A stretch of 64,000 nt of DNA, taken from contig OZ246888.1 in the NCBI GenBank assembly GCA_965231775.1, forward strand, positions 3,648,546-3,712,545, written 5' to 3'. The translations under genes were made by a program, and so were the position numbers. Positions 48,139 through 58,808 of this stretch are shown here, in pieces (positions within the stretch are counted from its first letter, which is position 1; every line of letters begins with the position of its first letter). Source of the DNA: Candidatus Binatia bacterium. Its GTDB lineage: Bacteria > Desulfobacterota > Binatia > Bin18. Under the pieces are notes generated by a model. The model was not told where the DNA came from. It made no database searches and worked only from the letters and a program-made list of their open reading frames with translations.

Positions 48139-49011
48139 TCAGCTATCCCGTCTGCGTTCTCTCTCTATTGACCTGACACTCGCAGTGGCAACCAGCACGA
48201 CGGTCTGGTCCGGTTTTGCCAGCCACACGAAAGCGCCCGTCCGTTCCGGTTCCTCGGTGAGCGGGCCGGTCATGACGCCCTGGGCAATGACGGTCTCATT
48301 GGGCCACACAGGGTTGGTAAACTTCGTGTCCAGCCGACCGCTTGTCCACCAGGCTGTCCCAAAGCGTTCTTCGAGAATATGGGCCGCATAGGCCATGGTC
48401 ATCCGTCCACCGATCACGACATCGCCGAAACCGAGCTTTTTCGATTCCTCACGGTTAGTGTGGTAGTTGGCGTCCCCGTGAAAAAAACGGTCGCACATCT
48501 CCAGACTGATGACGCGCTCGATCGGTCCAAACGGCTCACCCTCCGGGACGACGAAGCGCCGCGCGCCCTGTTTGGCTTTGGGGTCGCGAAAGGTGAGTTG
48601 CCCATCCTGCTGATCGAGCAGATAGCTCTGGTGATGTCGTGTGCGTACGGCCAGTTCTCCCGAGTCGGCACGCAGCTCGACCTCGTAGCGCACCACCGAG
48701 CGATTGCGCTTGGGATAAATGTCCGTGATCCGGGCGGTTGCCGTATACGTCCGGCCCGGTGTCAGCGGCGTGAACAATTCCCACTCCTGACGCATCCACA
48801 GATGGCCGAAATGATTGCTGAACGACGACTGCGCGAAATAGGCATTGTCCGGTCCACTGGCAATCATGGAGGGGACAGCAGCGGCCGGCGGACGCGACAG
48901 GTCCAGACCGTCGTAATAATCATGTAAGACGGCTTCGGTGACAGTGAAGGAGACACTGCCGAGCTCTTTACCGACATAGGGTTCTTTCGGGTCGGGGGTC
49001 TGCCGTGTCAT
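48139..49011 (-). CDS. Double hot-dog MaoC-like dehydratase
   Basis: NYHT..LGFGDVVIGG and KFTNPVWP. Confidence 0.75.
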   Translation of the reverse strand: MTRQTPDPKEPYVGKELGSVSFTVTEAVLHDYYDGLDLSRPPAAAVPSMIASGPDNAYFAQSSFSNHFGHLWMRQEWELFTPLTPGRTYTATARITDIYPKRNRSVVRYEVELRADSGELAVRTRHHQSYLLDQQDGQLTFRDPKAKQGARRFVVPEGEPFGPIERVISLEMCDRFFHGDANYHTNREESKKLGFGDVVIGGRMTMAYAAHILEERFGTAWWTSGRLDTKFTNPVWPNETVIAQGVMTGPLTEEPERTGAFVWLAKPDQTVVLVATASVRSIERERRRDS

Positions 49012-49050
49012 ATACCTCTCCTGAGAAAGATGGAAAATTCCAGGCTCTTG

Positions 49051-49515
49051 CTAGGCTGCCACCGAGAGCTTATCGTCCGGGTCTTCCACTTCCAACAGCT
49101 CAACAACGTTGCCGTCGGGATCGCGTCCGTATGTCGCCCGCAGCCCCTTGCCCGCTTTCTGCGGTGCGCAGTGGAACGTCATACCCGCGGCTTTGAGCCG
49201 TTCGTATTCAGCGTCAATATCCTCCACTTGCAGACACAGATGGGTAATGCCGTGGTCGCATACCGGACGATTGGGGTCTCCAGGTTTGGGCGTCGGCGTG
49301 GCGTATTGGAACAGCTCCACGCAGGCGTTGCCGGCCTTGAGCATGACGACCTGCGACGAAGAATCTTTGAGTCCGACAATTTGATCAATTGATTTTGTCC
49401 CCGCTTTCCAATCAAACGCAAAGACTTCTTCAAAACCAAGCAGGTCTTTGTAGAAGCGCAGCGAGCGCTCGATATCTCCAGTTGAGATAGCCGTGTGATG
49501 GATGCCTTTAATCAT
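49051..49515 (-). CDS. VOC/glyoxalase family protein
   Basis: HHTAIS, FYKDLLG, GITHLC and RDPDGNVVEL. Confidence 0.9.
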   Translation of the reverse strand: MIKGIHHTAISTGDIERSLRFYKDLLGFEEVFAFDWKAGTKSIDQIVGLKDSSSQVVMLKAGNACVELFQYATPTPKPGDPNRPVCDHGITHLCLQVEDIDAEYERLKAAGMTFHCAPQKAGKGLRATYGRDPDGNVVELLEVEDPDDKLSVAA

Positions 49516-49569
49516 AGTCCCCCTCCTTGTGTGGTGTTCGCATTCTTTTCTTTTGCATACCCGCGCATG

Positions 49570-50103
49570 CTAGGTTGCCGTATTTGGCTTGTCCAGCGGA
49601 AATTTTCCTTTGGTGAAAAACTTGGGCTGGAGGAGCCACACGAGTTCTCCCCGGCCAAAGGTCACCGCCTGCCAGCCGGGGACGGCCAGGTCGATGCGGG
49701 CCAGCGCCGCGGTCGGAAAACGTAAGTTGCCCCCGCCAATGAGGAAGCTCGCCAACTCCGACCAGGTCGGTTCATGCCCAACGAATAAGACCGTTGTCGC
49801 ACTCTTGGGGAGGGCGCGTATTTCTTCCAGCACCGCGGTCGCATCGGTGTCATACAGGGCATCGGTTATTTCAGTCGAGCATTTCCACTTGCCGGCTGCC
49901 CGGGCCACCTCCAGCGTCGTTTTTGTCCGGACCGCCGACGAGGTCACAACCCGGTCCGGCGTTTGGCCGGAAGCCGTAAGAATCCGCCCCATGGCCTGGG
50001 CCGCGGCGATTCCCCGTTTTGTCAGCGGGCGCGCATGGTCATGCTCGGCCGCCGTACCCCAATCAGACTTGGCATGCCGAAAAAGCAGCAGGTGTTTGGT
50101 CAT
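49570..50103 (-). CDS. sixA: SixA-like phosphohistidine phosphatase
   Basis: RHAKS, RPLTKRG, SSAVR and VGHEP. Confidence 0.85.
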   Translation of the reverse strand: MTKHLLLFRHAKSDWGTAAEHDHARPLTKRGIAAAQAMGRILTASGQTPDRVVTSSAVRTKTTLEVARAAGKWKCSTEITDALYDTDATAVLEEIRALPKSATTVLFVGHEPTWSELASFLIGGGNLRFPTAALARIDLAVPGWQAVTFGRGELVWLLQPKFFTKGKFPLDKPNTAT

Positions 50104-50816
50104 TGTTCAACCATCGACTGCAACGCCGGGAGCGCGGCGGTTTTCACGTATAGCTCACAGCCCTGCGTCGAGCTTGGCCTATGCCTGCCCCCGGCAGGCA
50201 TCCGCAGCCAGGTGTGTGCCTCATAGACTCCATATTCATCCTCACAACTCCCCTTGAGGACAAACAGCTCAACACCGCCGGCGTACGACCAGACGCCGGG
50301 AGCCGTACCGGCCTGCCATTGCTCTAGTTGGGTGTGATCCGGAAAGGCCGGGTCCGAATAGAGAATCTTCGTCCGAATCCCGTCATGCGCCGTGACCTGC
50401 CAATCCAGCTCGTCTACGGACCGCACTACGTGCGAGCGACCCGAACCACTATACTGCCGCAGCTTCACAAACAGCACACACCCGTCCCTGGAGAATGGGG
50501 CGTGTCGAAAACCCTCAGGATTGAGCAGATAGGTTCCGGCCGGCCAATCACCATGCTCATCAGAGAAGGTCCCCGCCAGCACGAAAATTTCTTCTCCGTG
50601 CGGATGATCGTGAGCGGGGAAGGTCGCGCCCGGTTCATAGCGCACGAGAGAAGTCACTTGTCCCGCCTCTGGCGGGCCGACCAGATGGAGCCGTTTACGC
50701 CAGACCGTCCCGCTCGGGCTGGGCTGCCAGGCCAGTGTACGCGTGTCGGCAACGACACGTTGTGACAGGTCGCCGTGGATCGTCCGTAGCCGAGAGTCTG
50801 AAGCGAGGTTTTTCAT
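50100..50816 (-). CDS. ChrR-like double cupin protein
   Basis: TSLVRY, HDHPHGEEIFVL and GCVLFVKLRQ. Confidence 0.85.
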   Translation of the reverse strand: MKNLASDSRLRTIHGDLSQRVVADTRTLAWQPSPSGTVWRKRLHLVGPPEAGQVTSLVRYEPGATFPAHDHPHGEEIFVLAGTFSDEHGDWPAGTYLLNPEGFRHAPFSRDGCVLFVKLRQYSGSGRSHVVRSVDELDWQVTAHDGIRTKILYSDPAFPDHTQLEQWQAGTAPGVWSYAGGVELFVLKGSCEDEYGVYEAHTWLRMPAGGRHRPSSTQGCELYVKTAALPALQSMVEQ

Positions 50817-51478
50817 GAGAGTCCAACCATCGGTCCGCCGTTAATAGCCACCGCCTGACGATAGGCCGACCGCGCCGTCAGACGCCCTGCATAGTCAATC
50901 AGATCATTGGCTAAAGGGATTTTACAGTAGTGAGCCCAGGTCAAACAGGTGGTCAGCAGGATATCGGCACAGGTAAAGGTCTCGCCTAAGAGATACGGCC
51001 CGCCGGAACGCAGAGCCTGCGTCACGACGGCAATCTGGCGCGCAAAACCTTCCTTTGCGGCTTGCACCGCGTTCGGAGCCGCGCCATACAGATGGGCCAA
51101 GTCATCATGCCGCCGCAAGATGTATAGGGTATGGGCGTCAAGCTCGGTCATAATGAAGAAACACCACTGGTCGTATAGTCCGCGCTGCGGGGTGCCCGGA
51201 CGGGGGACCAGCCCGGACTCCGGCCCATAGTTTTCAACCAGATAGTTGATGATCGCGGCACTCTCGGCCAGGACCAGCTCGCCATCCTGGAGCACGGGAA
51301 TCTTGCCGCGCGGGTTGAGCGCCCGAAACGCGGCGGTCTGAGTTTCTCCCGTCCGCGAACCGATCGGGTGTTTTTCATACTCCAGACCGAGTTCGTGCAA
51401 CACCCAGTGCGGCCGGATGGTGCGGGTTGTTCCTGCGCCCCACAGGATGAGGTGGGGGGCTGGGTGCGTAGCGGTCAT
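50813..51478 (-). CDS. Glutathione S-transferase family protein
   Basis: NPRGKIPVL, ESAAI and FTCADI. Confidence 0.9.
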   Translation of the reverse strand: MTATHPAPHLILWGAGTTRTIRPHWVLHELGLEYEKHPIGSRTGETQTAAFRALNPRGKIPVLQDGELVLAESAAIINYLVENYGPESGLVPRPGTPQRGLYDQWCFFIMTELDAHTLYILRRHDDLAHLYGAAPNAVQAAKEGFARQIAVVTQALRSGGPYLLGETFTCADILLTTCLTWAHYCKIPLANDLIDYAGRLTARSAYRQAVAINGGPMVGLS

Positions 51479-51536
51479 GCACGGACTCCTCAGCAGTGCG
51501 CGGTTATTCTATGGCCAAGTCCTTACCGGGCAGAGG

Positions 51537-52988
51537 CTAGGCGGCCACATGCACGGCAGGACGCTTGTCCGCCCACGGCTTTGCCTCTTCCAACTGAGCG
51601 GCCAAGCGCAGCAGCCCTGCTTCGTCCCCGAAATGCCCAACAAACTGGACACCGACCGGCAGGCCGTCGGCGCTCCAGTGCAGCGGCAGTGAAATCGCCG
51701 GCTGGCCGGTTGTATTAAAAAGCGGCGTAAAAGGGACATAGGAGAAGACCTGACGGGTCCACTCCATCGCCGTCATACCGGCCCGGTTCTGGTTCACTTC
51801 TCCGTGCGGCGCGGGCGGCGCGGCAATGGTTGGGGTGACAAGAACATCGATGTTTTCAAAGAAGCGACCGACAATACGGGACAGGCGGCCACCGTGGTCC
51901 AGGGATTTCAGCAGATCAACCGCAGTATACTTCTTGCCATCTTCCCAGCAGGCCAGCGTCACGGCTTCGAGCGTATCCGGGCTCGGCGCACGGCCCCTTT
52001 CCGCGGCCAGATCCTCAACCGCCATAGCGTTATACGCCGTCCAGATCACGTGAATATTTTCAAGGAACTCCTCCCAATCGTACTCCGGTCGGCCTTCGTA
52101 CACCGTGTGGCCGAGTTCCTCCAGCAGCCGCACCGTGTCGTGCACCGCCTGCTCGCATTCGGGGTCAATCTGCTCGCCCGAGGCGGGCATAGTGGTCCAG
52201 GCGATGCGCAGCTTGCCCGGCGCCGCACCTGCTTCCTCACGGTAAGGGCGGGCCGGTGGGACCGGCAGGCCGGGCGCACCGGCATCGGCTCCTGCCACAA
52301 TATCGAGCAGGGTCGCGGAGTCGCGCACGCTACGCGAGACAACAAACTCACACGCCAGGCCACACAGCGGGTCCGAATAGTCTGGTCCGGTGGGCACCAG
52401 GTCGCGCGACGGCTTGAGGCCAACCAGCCCGTTACACGAGGCCGGAATACGAATAGAGCCGCCGCCGTCGTTGGCATGCGCAACCGGCACAATGCCGGCA
52501 GCGACCGACGCACCGGACCCGCCGCTCGAACCGCCGGCGCTATGGCCGGCCTTCCACGGGTTGTGAACCGGGCCGAACAGGACGGTCTCCGTCGTCGGGT
52601 TATAGCCCAGCTCTGGGGTTTGGGTTGTGCCGGTCAGCACAAACCCGGCCCGCCGAAAGCGTGCCATGAGCTCGGAATCCTCGGAGGCGACATAGCCCTG
52701 GGCCAGCCGTGAGCCCATGTCGAGGCGGACGCCCTTGGCGTGCAGGACCAGTTCTTTGATCAGAAACGGCACACCGCTGAAGGGGCCGTGCGACAGCCCG
52801 CCCCGAATCTCGGTCTGGGCCTGGTCTGACAGCACCTGGAGTACCGCGTTCAGTTGCGGGTTGACCTTTTCAATAGCCTGAACGGCAGTGGCCACCAGTT
52901 CTTCGGCGCTGACTTCTTTGCGCGCCACCAGCTCGGCCAGCCCAAGGCCGTCGTACTTTGCATATTCGCTCAGGGATAGCATCGTCAC
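51537..52988 (-). CDS. Amidase signature family enzyme
   Basis: [15 protein letters not shown] and [10 protein letters not shown]. Confidence 0.92.
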   Translation of the reverse strand: MTMLSLSEYAKYDGLGLAELVARKEVSAEELVATAVQAIEKVNPQLNAVLQVLSDQAQTEIRGGLSHGPFSGVPFLIKELVLHAKGVRLDMGSRLAQGYVASEDSELMARFRRAGFVLTGTTQTPELGYNPTTETVLFGPVHNPWKAGHSAGGSSGGSGASVAAGIVPVAHANDGGGSIRIPASCNGLVGLKPSRDLVPTGPDYSDPLCGLACEFVVSRSVRDSATLLDIVAGADAGAPGLPVPPARPYREEAGAAPGKLRIAWTTMPASGEQIDPECEQAVHDTVRLLEELGHTVYEGRPEYDWEEFLENIHVIWTAYNAMAVEDLAAERGRAPSPDTLEAVTLACWEDGKKYTAVDLLKSLDHGGRLSRIVGRFFENIDVLVTPTIAAPPAPHGEVNQNRAGMTAMEWTRQVFSYVPFTPLFNTTGQPAISLPLHWSADGLPVGVQFVGHFGDEAGLLRLAAQLEEAKPWADKRPAVHVAA

Positions 52989-53074
52989 ACCCTCCTTCGT
53001 TGAGTAGCGCTTAGTCTATCATGTCGCACGCGAAATCGTCCACGCATCAGGCGAGGGATCGCACCGCAAGGGAG

Positions 53075-54214
53075 TTAATACAGTTCATACTTTGCCAGGC
53101 GTCCGTCCAGTCCGCCGTTGACGAGCGGTTTTTTCCAGGCGGGTTTGAGGCCGATGCGCTTCAGGTAGTGACGTTCGCCACAATAAATGAAAGCCGTCGA
53201 ACCCTGACAGCGCTGTTTGAGGAAATCGCCCAGGCGCGCATAGAAATCGTCCAGATTGGCCTTTTTGGCCATGCGGATACCATACGGCGGATTACACACA
53301 ATGACGGCGTTGTCGATCCGCCGAATCTGAAAGGCATCGCATTGCTCGACCGTGATGGCACCACCGGCGGGCAAGGCGGCGCAGTTGACCCGCGCGGCGC
53401 GGACGGCTGCGGGGTCAATATCGCTGCCGGAGATGAGGCCCGGCGGAGGAGCACGCAGTGCTGCCCGCCCGTCTTCTTGCACCTGCCTCCAGAGTCCGGC
53501 GTCAAAGTCGGGCAGAGCCTGAAACCCAAAGCGCTGACGAAACAGCCCCGCCGGCATCCGTGCAGCCGACATATAGGCTTCGCACAGCAGTGTGCCGGAG
53601 CCGCACAACGGATCGTACAGCGGCTGGCGTCCATCCCATTCAGCATGCTGAATAATGGCCGCGGCCAAGGTCTCGACCAGGGGTGCCTGGACGCTTTGTT
53701 TTCGATAGCCACGTCGGTGGAGCGAGCCCCCAGACGTGTCCAGGCTGATTGTGGCCTCATCATTATGAATATGCAGATTAAGCCAGACAGTCGGCTCTCT
53801 AGTATCGATAGACGGACGCACGCCGGTGGCGGCGCGAAAAGAGTCCACCACGGCGTCTTTCAGGCGCAGGGCGGCAAATTGCGAGTGACGCAGCCGACTG
53901 TTGGCCACGGTGGCAAAAACGGCAAAGGTCTGCGACGGATCGAGAAAATCCTGCCATTCAATCTCCCTTGCCTTTTTGTACAGATAGCGGTCGGAGTGAC
54001 ACCGGAACGAGGTGAGCGGAGCGAGCACGCGGCTAATCAGGCGGGCGTAAAAGTTAATGGTATAGAGCACTTTTGGTGAGGCGCTGAAATAAATCCCTCG
54101 GTAGGTTGGGCTGGTCTCTCGGGCGCCGAGCGTACGGAGTTCCTGCTCGGCAATGTCCTTGATATCGTCCGCCACCTGGGCAAAGTAGCGCTGCGTTTCC
54201 TGATAGTGGTACAT
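53075..54214 (-). CDS. THUMP-domain RNA methyltransferase (RlmL/RlmK-like)
   Basis: SLHRRGYR, APLVETLAA, DPLCGSGT and NPPYG. Confidence 0.88.
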   Translation of the reverse strand: MYHYQETQRYFAQVADDIKDIAEQELRTLGARETSPTYRGIYFSASPKVLYTINFYARLISRVLAPLTSFRCHSDRYLYKKAREIEWQDFLDPSQTFAVFATVANSRLRHSQFAALRLKDAVVDSFRAATGVRPSIDTREPTVWLNLHIHNDEATISLDTSGGSLHRRGYRKQSVQAPLVETLAAAIIQHAEWDGRQPLYDPLCGSGTLLCEAYMSAARMPAGLFRQRFGFQALPDFDAGLWRQVQEDGRAALRAPPPGLISGSDIDPAAVRAARVNCAALPAGGAITVEQCDAFQIRRIDNAVIVCNPPYGIRMAKKANLDDFYARLGDFLKQRCQGSTAFIYCGERHYLKRIGLKPAWKKPLVNGGLDGRLAKYELY

Positions 54215-54304
54215 GAGCGTCTTCAAACCACTAGGAAAGTTCGCGAACCGCCCTCGAAACGCACCCACACCTGAATAATTCTCCTCCCCGTTTCCCCCAC
54301 TCCA

Positions 54305-55069
54305 TCACTTCTTCTTTCCGCCCGGCCAGTACTCCTGCGCGCCCAAACCTTCAAGCGCCAGGCCGTAGCCGAGGTTGTCGAGCATCAGCTTCTTGAGTTG
54401 CTGGGTCAGCGCAACGCGGGCGTAGCGCACGGTCAGCGGCGGTTGTTTGGAGACCACCTCCGCCAGCTCCCAGGCCCGCTCAAGCAGTTTTTCACGCGGC
54501 ATGACCTCGTTGACCACCCCGAGCGTCAGCGCTTCTTGAGCCGAGAGTTTCTGACCGGTGAGCAGGAAGTACCGTCCGCGATTCGCACCCAAGAGGAGCG
54601 GCCAGACAATATGTACCCCGTCGCCCGGCACAATCCCGTTTGGGAAATGCGGCGCGTCCTGGAACACCGCGTCGTCCGAGGCAATGACAATATCACACAG
54701 GACCGCCAGCTCGGCGTGAATGGTGGCCGGACCGTTGACCGCAGCAATCATGGGCACTTCGATGTCCAGGTGGTTCATCAGCAGCTTTTTGGCGTCCCAG
54801 TAAATGTGATCCCACAACTGGGGCGTGATCTCCCACTGGCCCTCTCGGGCGTAGCGAGCAATGAACTTGTCCTCCGTGCCGGTAATGATGACTGCCCTAT
54901 TCTCCGGGTCGCTACCCACGTCGTAGAAACATTTGCCCAACTCCGAGTGCGGGCCTTCTCCCCAGTGCAGGGTTTTCCCATCCGTGTGGAGCGTGAGTTG
55001 CAGAATTCCGTTGCGCCGCTCCATCTGAACGTGCTTATACTTATTGCTGTATTCATCGAATGTGGCCAT
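54305..55069 (-). CDS. Crotonase-family beta-diketone hydrolase (6-oxocamphor hydrolase-like)
   Basis: [33 protein letters not shown], matching the His/Asp signature of this subfamily. Confidence 0.8.
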   Translation of the reverse strand: MATFDEYSNKYKHVQMERRNGILQLTLHTDGKTLHWGEGPHSELGKCFYDVGSDPENRAVIITGTEDKFIARYAREGQWEITPQLWDHIYWDAKKLLMNHLDIEVPMIAAVNGPATIHAELAVLCDIVIASDDAVFQDAPHFPNGIVPGDGVHIVWPLLLGANRGRYFLLTGQKLSAQEALTLGVVNEVMPREKLLERAWELAEVVSKQPPLTVRYARVALTQQLKKLMLDNLGYGLALEGLGAQEYWPGGKKK

Positions 55070-55169
55070 AGTGCCCTCCCTTCTGCCTTCGGTTAAACCA
55101 CGCACGCTCCGGGAGGACAAGGTTTGGGGGCACGGGTAACTTCACAATCTGTCTCACAAGGAGGGAGAG

Positions 55170-56213
55170 ATGGACTTCGGACTGCTGTTTGCGTTTGAGA
55201 ATCCACGGCCCTGGCAGGTGTCGTCGGCCCAACTCTGCCGCAGCATGGTCAGCCAGGCAGTTTTGGCCGAAGAGCTGGGCTACGACCATATCTGGACGGC
55301 AGAGCACCACGGCACTGACGACTATTTCCCGGCCCAGTTCCCACTGCTGGCCGCACTGGCGACCCGGACCAGCCGTATTCGACTCGGCACCTATATCGTC
55401 ATCTTGCCGCTCTACCATCCGCTTCAGGTCGCCGAAGAAGCGGCCACGCTCGATGCCTTGTCAGATGGCCGTTTCGACTTAGGGCTGGGCCAGGGCTATG
55501 TGCTGGACGAATACACGGCCTATAACATCCCCCGCTCCCAGCGTCCGGCACGGATGGAAGACGGCCTGGCGATTATTAGCGGACTGTGGACCCAGGAGGA
55601 GTTTGCCTATACCGGAAAGCATTTCACGATCGGGCCCATTTCCCTCCGCCCCCGACCGGTACAAGCCACCCCTCCCCTGTGGGTTGCCGGGCTGACGCCG
55701 AAATCGATAGACCGGGTGGCGCGCTACGGCTGTCACTTTGCGGGCGCGGGTAGTGCCGCTACCACGCAACTGTACGAAGACAGTCTGCGCCGTCACGGTC
55801 ATAATCCCAAGAATTTTCATAAAGCCGCGCTGCGCCTGGTCTACGTGTCCGACACACGCGCACGCGCCTGGGAAGACTGCGCCCCGCACGTGCGGCATCG
55901 CATGGCCGTCTATACTCAAAAACTCGACGAGGCCGGAGATTTTCAAATCCCCGGCGGCTATTTTGGCGTAGAGCCCTTACCCCCAGCCGAAGAGTTGGGC
56001 AAGGCTCAGGGACTCCACTTCTTTGGCGCGCCGCCCATCATCGGCACCCCGGAGGACGCAATTCGAGAGATTACGCGCTCGCAACAGGAAGCCGGCGTGA
56101 CCCATCTGGTCATGTGGATGCAAATCGGCGGCATCGACCCCCGCCGAGCGGAGCATTCCATGCGTTTATTTGCCACAGAGGTCATACCTCACTTTGCAGC
56201 CCAGGAGGGTTAA
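55170..56213 (+). CDS. LLM-class flavin-dependent oxidoreductase
   Basis: WTAEHH, RIRLGT, LDALSDGRF and LFATEVIP. Confidence 0.88.
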   Translation: MDFGLLFAFENPRPWQVSSAQLCRSMVSQAVLAEELGYDHIWTAEHHGTDDYFPAQFPLLAALATRTSRIRLGTYIVILPLYHPLQVAEEAATLDALSDGRFDLGLGQGYVLDEYTAYNIPRSQRPARMEDGLAIISGLWTQEEFAYTGKHFTIGPISLRPRPVQATPPLWVAGLTPKSIDRVARYGCHFAGAGSAATTQLYEDSLRRHGHNPKNFHKAALRLVYVSDTRARAWEDCAPHVRHRMAVYTQKLDEAGDFQIPGGYFGVEPLPPAEELGKAQGLHFFGAPPIIGTPEDAIREITRSQQEAGVTHLVMWMQIGGIDPRRAEHSMRLFATEVIPHFAAQEG

Positions 56214-56215
56214 TC

Positions 56216-57790
56216 ATGCTGCCTCGACTCGGTATCCAGGACCTCGCCCAATACAGTCAGGAACTCGGCCTGGAACTCACCCCGGCTGAGATGCAGAGCA
56301 TGCATTCTCGTCTGCTTGAGCATATCGCCACGTTCGAAACCTTTCAGGAACTGAGAATCGAGGAGCAGCGGCTGCCCCTCCGCTATACTGACCGGGACCC
56401 CGGCTATCGGCCAACGGCAGAAGAGGACCCGCTGAACGTTTTTATTCGGAAATGTCGGATCGAGGGCGCAAAAGACGGACCGCTGGCCGGCAAGACCATC
56501 GGCCTGAAAGACCACATCAGTGTGGCGGGCGTACCCCTCACGCTCGGCTGCCATTTCATGGACGGCTATACCCCGGACTTTGACGCGCCGCTGGTCACCC
56601 GACTGCTCGACGCCGGAGCCACCATCGTGGGCAAAATGAACATGGAAGACTTCTCCTTTGGCGGCCCAGGGCTCAGCGGCGTGGGCGACTTTGGACGGCC
56701 ACTCAACCCGCATAATACGGCCCATGTCACGGGCGGCTCTTCTTCGGGGTCTGCTGCCGCCGTCGCCGCAGGTCTGGTTGACGTGGCCTTTGGCGGAGAC
56801 CAAGGCGGCTCGGTCCGGCTGCCGGCGGCGTGGTCGGGCACAGTCGGCCTGATGCCCACCCATGGGTTGGTTCCCCATACGGGGGTGTTTGGCCTGGACC
56901 CGACGATCGATTACGTGGGTCCACTCGCCCGAACGGTCGAAGATATCGCCCTCATCCTGGAGTGTGTGGCGGGTGCGGACGGCTATGACCCCCGGCAGGC
57001 CGCCCTGCCGGTCCAACTGCCGAGCTATACCCAGGCATTGGCGCAGGATATCGCGGGCGTCCGGATCGGTATTGTCTCTGAGGGCTTTGGTTTTCCCGGC
57101 AGCGAACCCGAAGTTGACCAGACCGTCCTAGACGCGCTCACCACTCTGGAGCAAGCCGGGGCTCAGCTTGAGCGCGTGTCCATTCCGCTGCATGACAAAG
57201 CCACCCTGGCCCTGCTGCCTATTTACTTTGAGGGTGGCAAGCATATGTTCGATACTAATCTGGGCGGCGCCGGGACAAAGACCTATTATCCGAGCTCGTT
57301 GATCTCCACCTTTGGCCGCTTCAAGCGCAGCCACGGCCACGAACTCCCCCTGAACTACAAACTCCATTTGATCCTCGGCACCTACCTGGCTCGCTTTACG
57401 CACGGACGGCTGCACGCCAAGGCACATAACGTCCGGCCCACTTTTATCAAACACTATAACCAGACCTTTGCTCAGGTCGATGTCCTGGCCATGCCCACTG
57501 TGCCGATCAAGGCCCCGCGTTATCGCGAGCCTGAGAATTACGAGGAAGCGATTGAGCAGACTCTTTTCGGCGGACAACTGGGGTTGGACCTCGGTCTGGT
57601 CATCCGTAATATGGGACCGTTTAATCTGACCGGCCATCCCGCCCTCAGCGTGCCCTGCGGCAAGGTCGACGGCCTACCAATCGGCCTGATGCTGGTCGCC
57701 CCGCATTTCCGTGAGGACCAGTTGCTCAGGGTCGCGGCGGCGTATCAGCGTTCAGTAGATTGGGATAGCCTGCTCACCGCTTCTGTGTGA
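56216..57790 (+). CDS. Amidase signature family enzyme
   Basis: GLKD, GGSSSGS and GDQGGSVRLPA. Confidence 0.92.
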   Translation: MLPRLGIQDLAQYSQELGLELTPAEMQSMHSRLLEHIATFETFQELRIEEQRLPLRYTDRDPGYRPTAEEDPLNVFIRKCRIEGAKDGPLAGKTIGLKDHISVAGVPLTLGCHFMDGYTPDFDAPLVTRLLDAGATIVGKMNMEDFSFGGPGLSGVGDFGRPLNPHNTAHVTGGSSSGSAAAVAAGLVDVAFGGDQGGSVRLPAAWSGTVGLMPTHGLVPHTGVFGLDPTIDYVGPLARTVEDIALILECVAGADGYDPRQAALPVQLPSYTQALAQDIAGVRIGIVSEGFGFPGSEPEVDQTVLDALTTLEQAGAQLERVSIPLHDKATLALLPIYFEGGKHMFDTNLGGAGTKTYYPSSLISTFGRFKRSHGHELPLNYKLHLILGTYLARFTHGRLHAKAHNVRPTFIKHYNQTFAQVDVLAMPTVPIKAPRYREPENYEEAIEQTLFGGQLGLDLGLVIRNMGPFNLTGHPALSVPCGKVDGLPIGLMLVAPHFREDQLLRVAAAYQRSVDWDSLLTASV

Positions 57791-57823
57791 AGAAACCCAA
57801 TCCGTTCTGAGGAGAAATCGTCT

Positions 57824-58771
57824 ATGGAAACACGTCCGCTTGGTGCATCGGGAATCCAGGCCAGTCTGGTCGGTCTGGGGTGTAACAACTTTGGAATGAA
57901 GATTGATCTGGAAGCCAGCCGGACCGTGATCGACACGGCTCTGGGGGTCGGCATTACCTGCTTTGATACCGCAGACATGTACGGCAAAGGCCAGTCCGAG
58001 GAGTTCCTGGGTAAGGTGTTAGGCCCGCGTCGCAAGGATATCGTTCTGGCCACAAAATTCGGTGGTGTCGCCAAGATAGCCGAATCGGGCGAACGCTGGG
58101 GCTCACGTGAGTATATTCTGCGGTGTGTCGAGGACAGCCTGCGCCGGTTGCAAACAGACTGGATTGACCTGTATCAAATGCACTATCCGGATCCGAACAC
58201 GCCGATTGAAGAGACCCTGGAGACGCTGAACACCCTGGTCCAACAGGGCAAAGTGCGGGCTATCGGGCATTCAAATTTTTCTGCCGAGCAGATTAACCAA
58301 TCGGTAGAACAATCCTCCACTCATGATTTTGCTCACTTCGTCACCGCCCAGAATGACTGGAGCCTGTTGAATCGTGCGGTTGAAGTCGATGCAATCCCAG
58401 CCTGCGAACGGCACGGACTCGGCCAGTTACCCTATTTCCCACTAGCCTGCGGCATGCTGACCGGCAAATATCGACGCGGTGAAGACTTTGCGCCCGGAAC
58501 TCGGCTGGCCGTGCTGCCATTCACACAGCGTATGGCCTCTGATGAGAATTTTGCCAAGGTTGAGGTCCTGCAAGACTTTGTTCAGACGCATGGTCACAGC
58601 CTGCTCGAACTCGCCTTCTCGTGGCTGGCTGCCCAGCCGTGCGTCTCCTCAGTGATTGCTGGCGCCACAACACCAGAGCAAGTCCGGGCCAATGCGGCTG
58701 CAACAAATTGGAAGCTTTCAGCAGAAGAATTAACACAAGTCGATGCACTCGTTTCTGGTGCTCCGGCCTAG
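57824..58771 (+). CDS. Aldo/keto reductase
   Basis: GLGCNNFG, FDTADMYG, ATKFG, IDLYQMH and GHSN. Confidence 0.93.
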   Translation: METRPLGASGIQASLVGLGCNNFGMKIDLEASRTVIDTALGVGITCFDTADMYGKGQSEEFLGKVLGPRRKDIVLATKFGGVAKIAESGERWGSREYILRCVEDSLRRLQTDWIDLYQMHYPDPNTPIEETLETLNTLVQQGKVRAIGHSNFSAEQINQSVEQSSTHDFAHFVTAQNDWSLLNRAVEVDAIPACERHGLGQLPYFPLACGMLTGKYRRGEDFAPGTRLAVLPFTQRMASDENFAKVEVLQDFVQTHGHSLLELAFSWLAAQPCVSSVIAGATTPEQVRANAAATNWKLSAEELTQVDALVSGAPA

Positions 58772-58808
58772 ACATGGCGCGACTGTAACACTAAGGAGGG
58801 AGCGACTA

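Noticed and set aside
53021-54079. 352-aa plus-strand ORF
   Set aside because: Antisense shadow of the THUMP methyltransferase.
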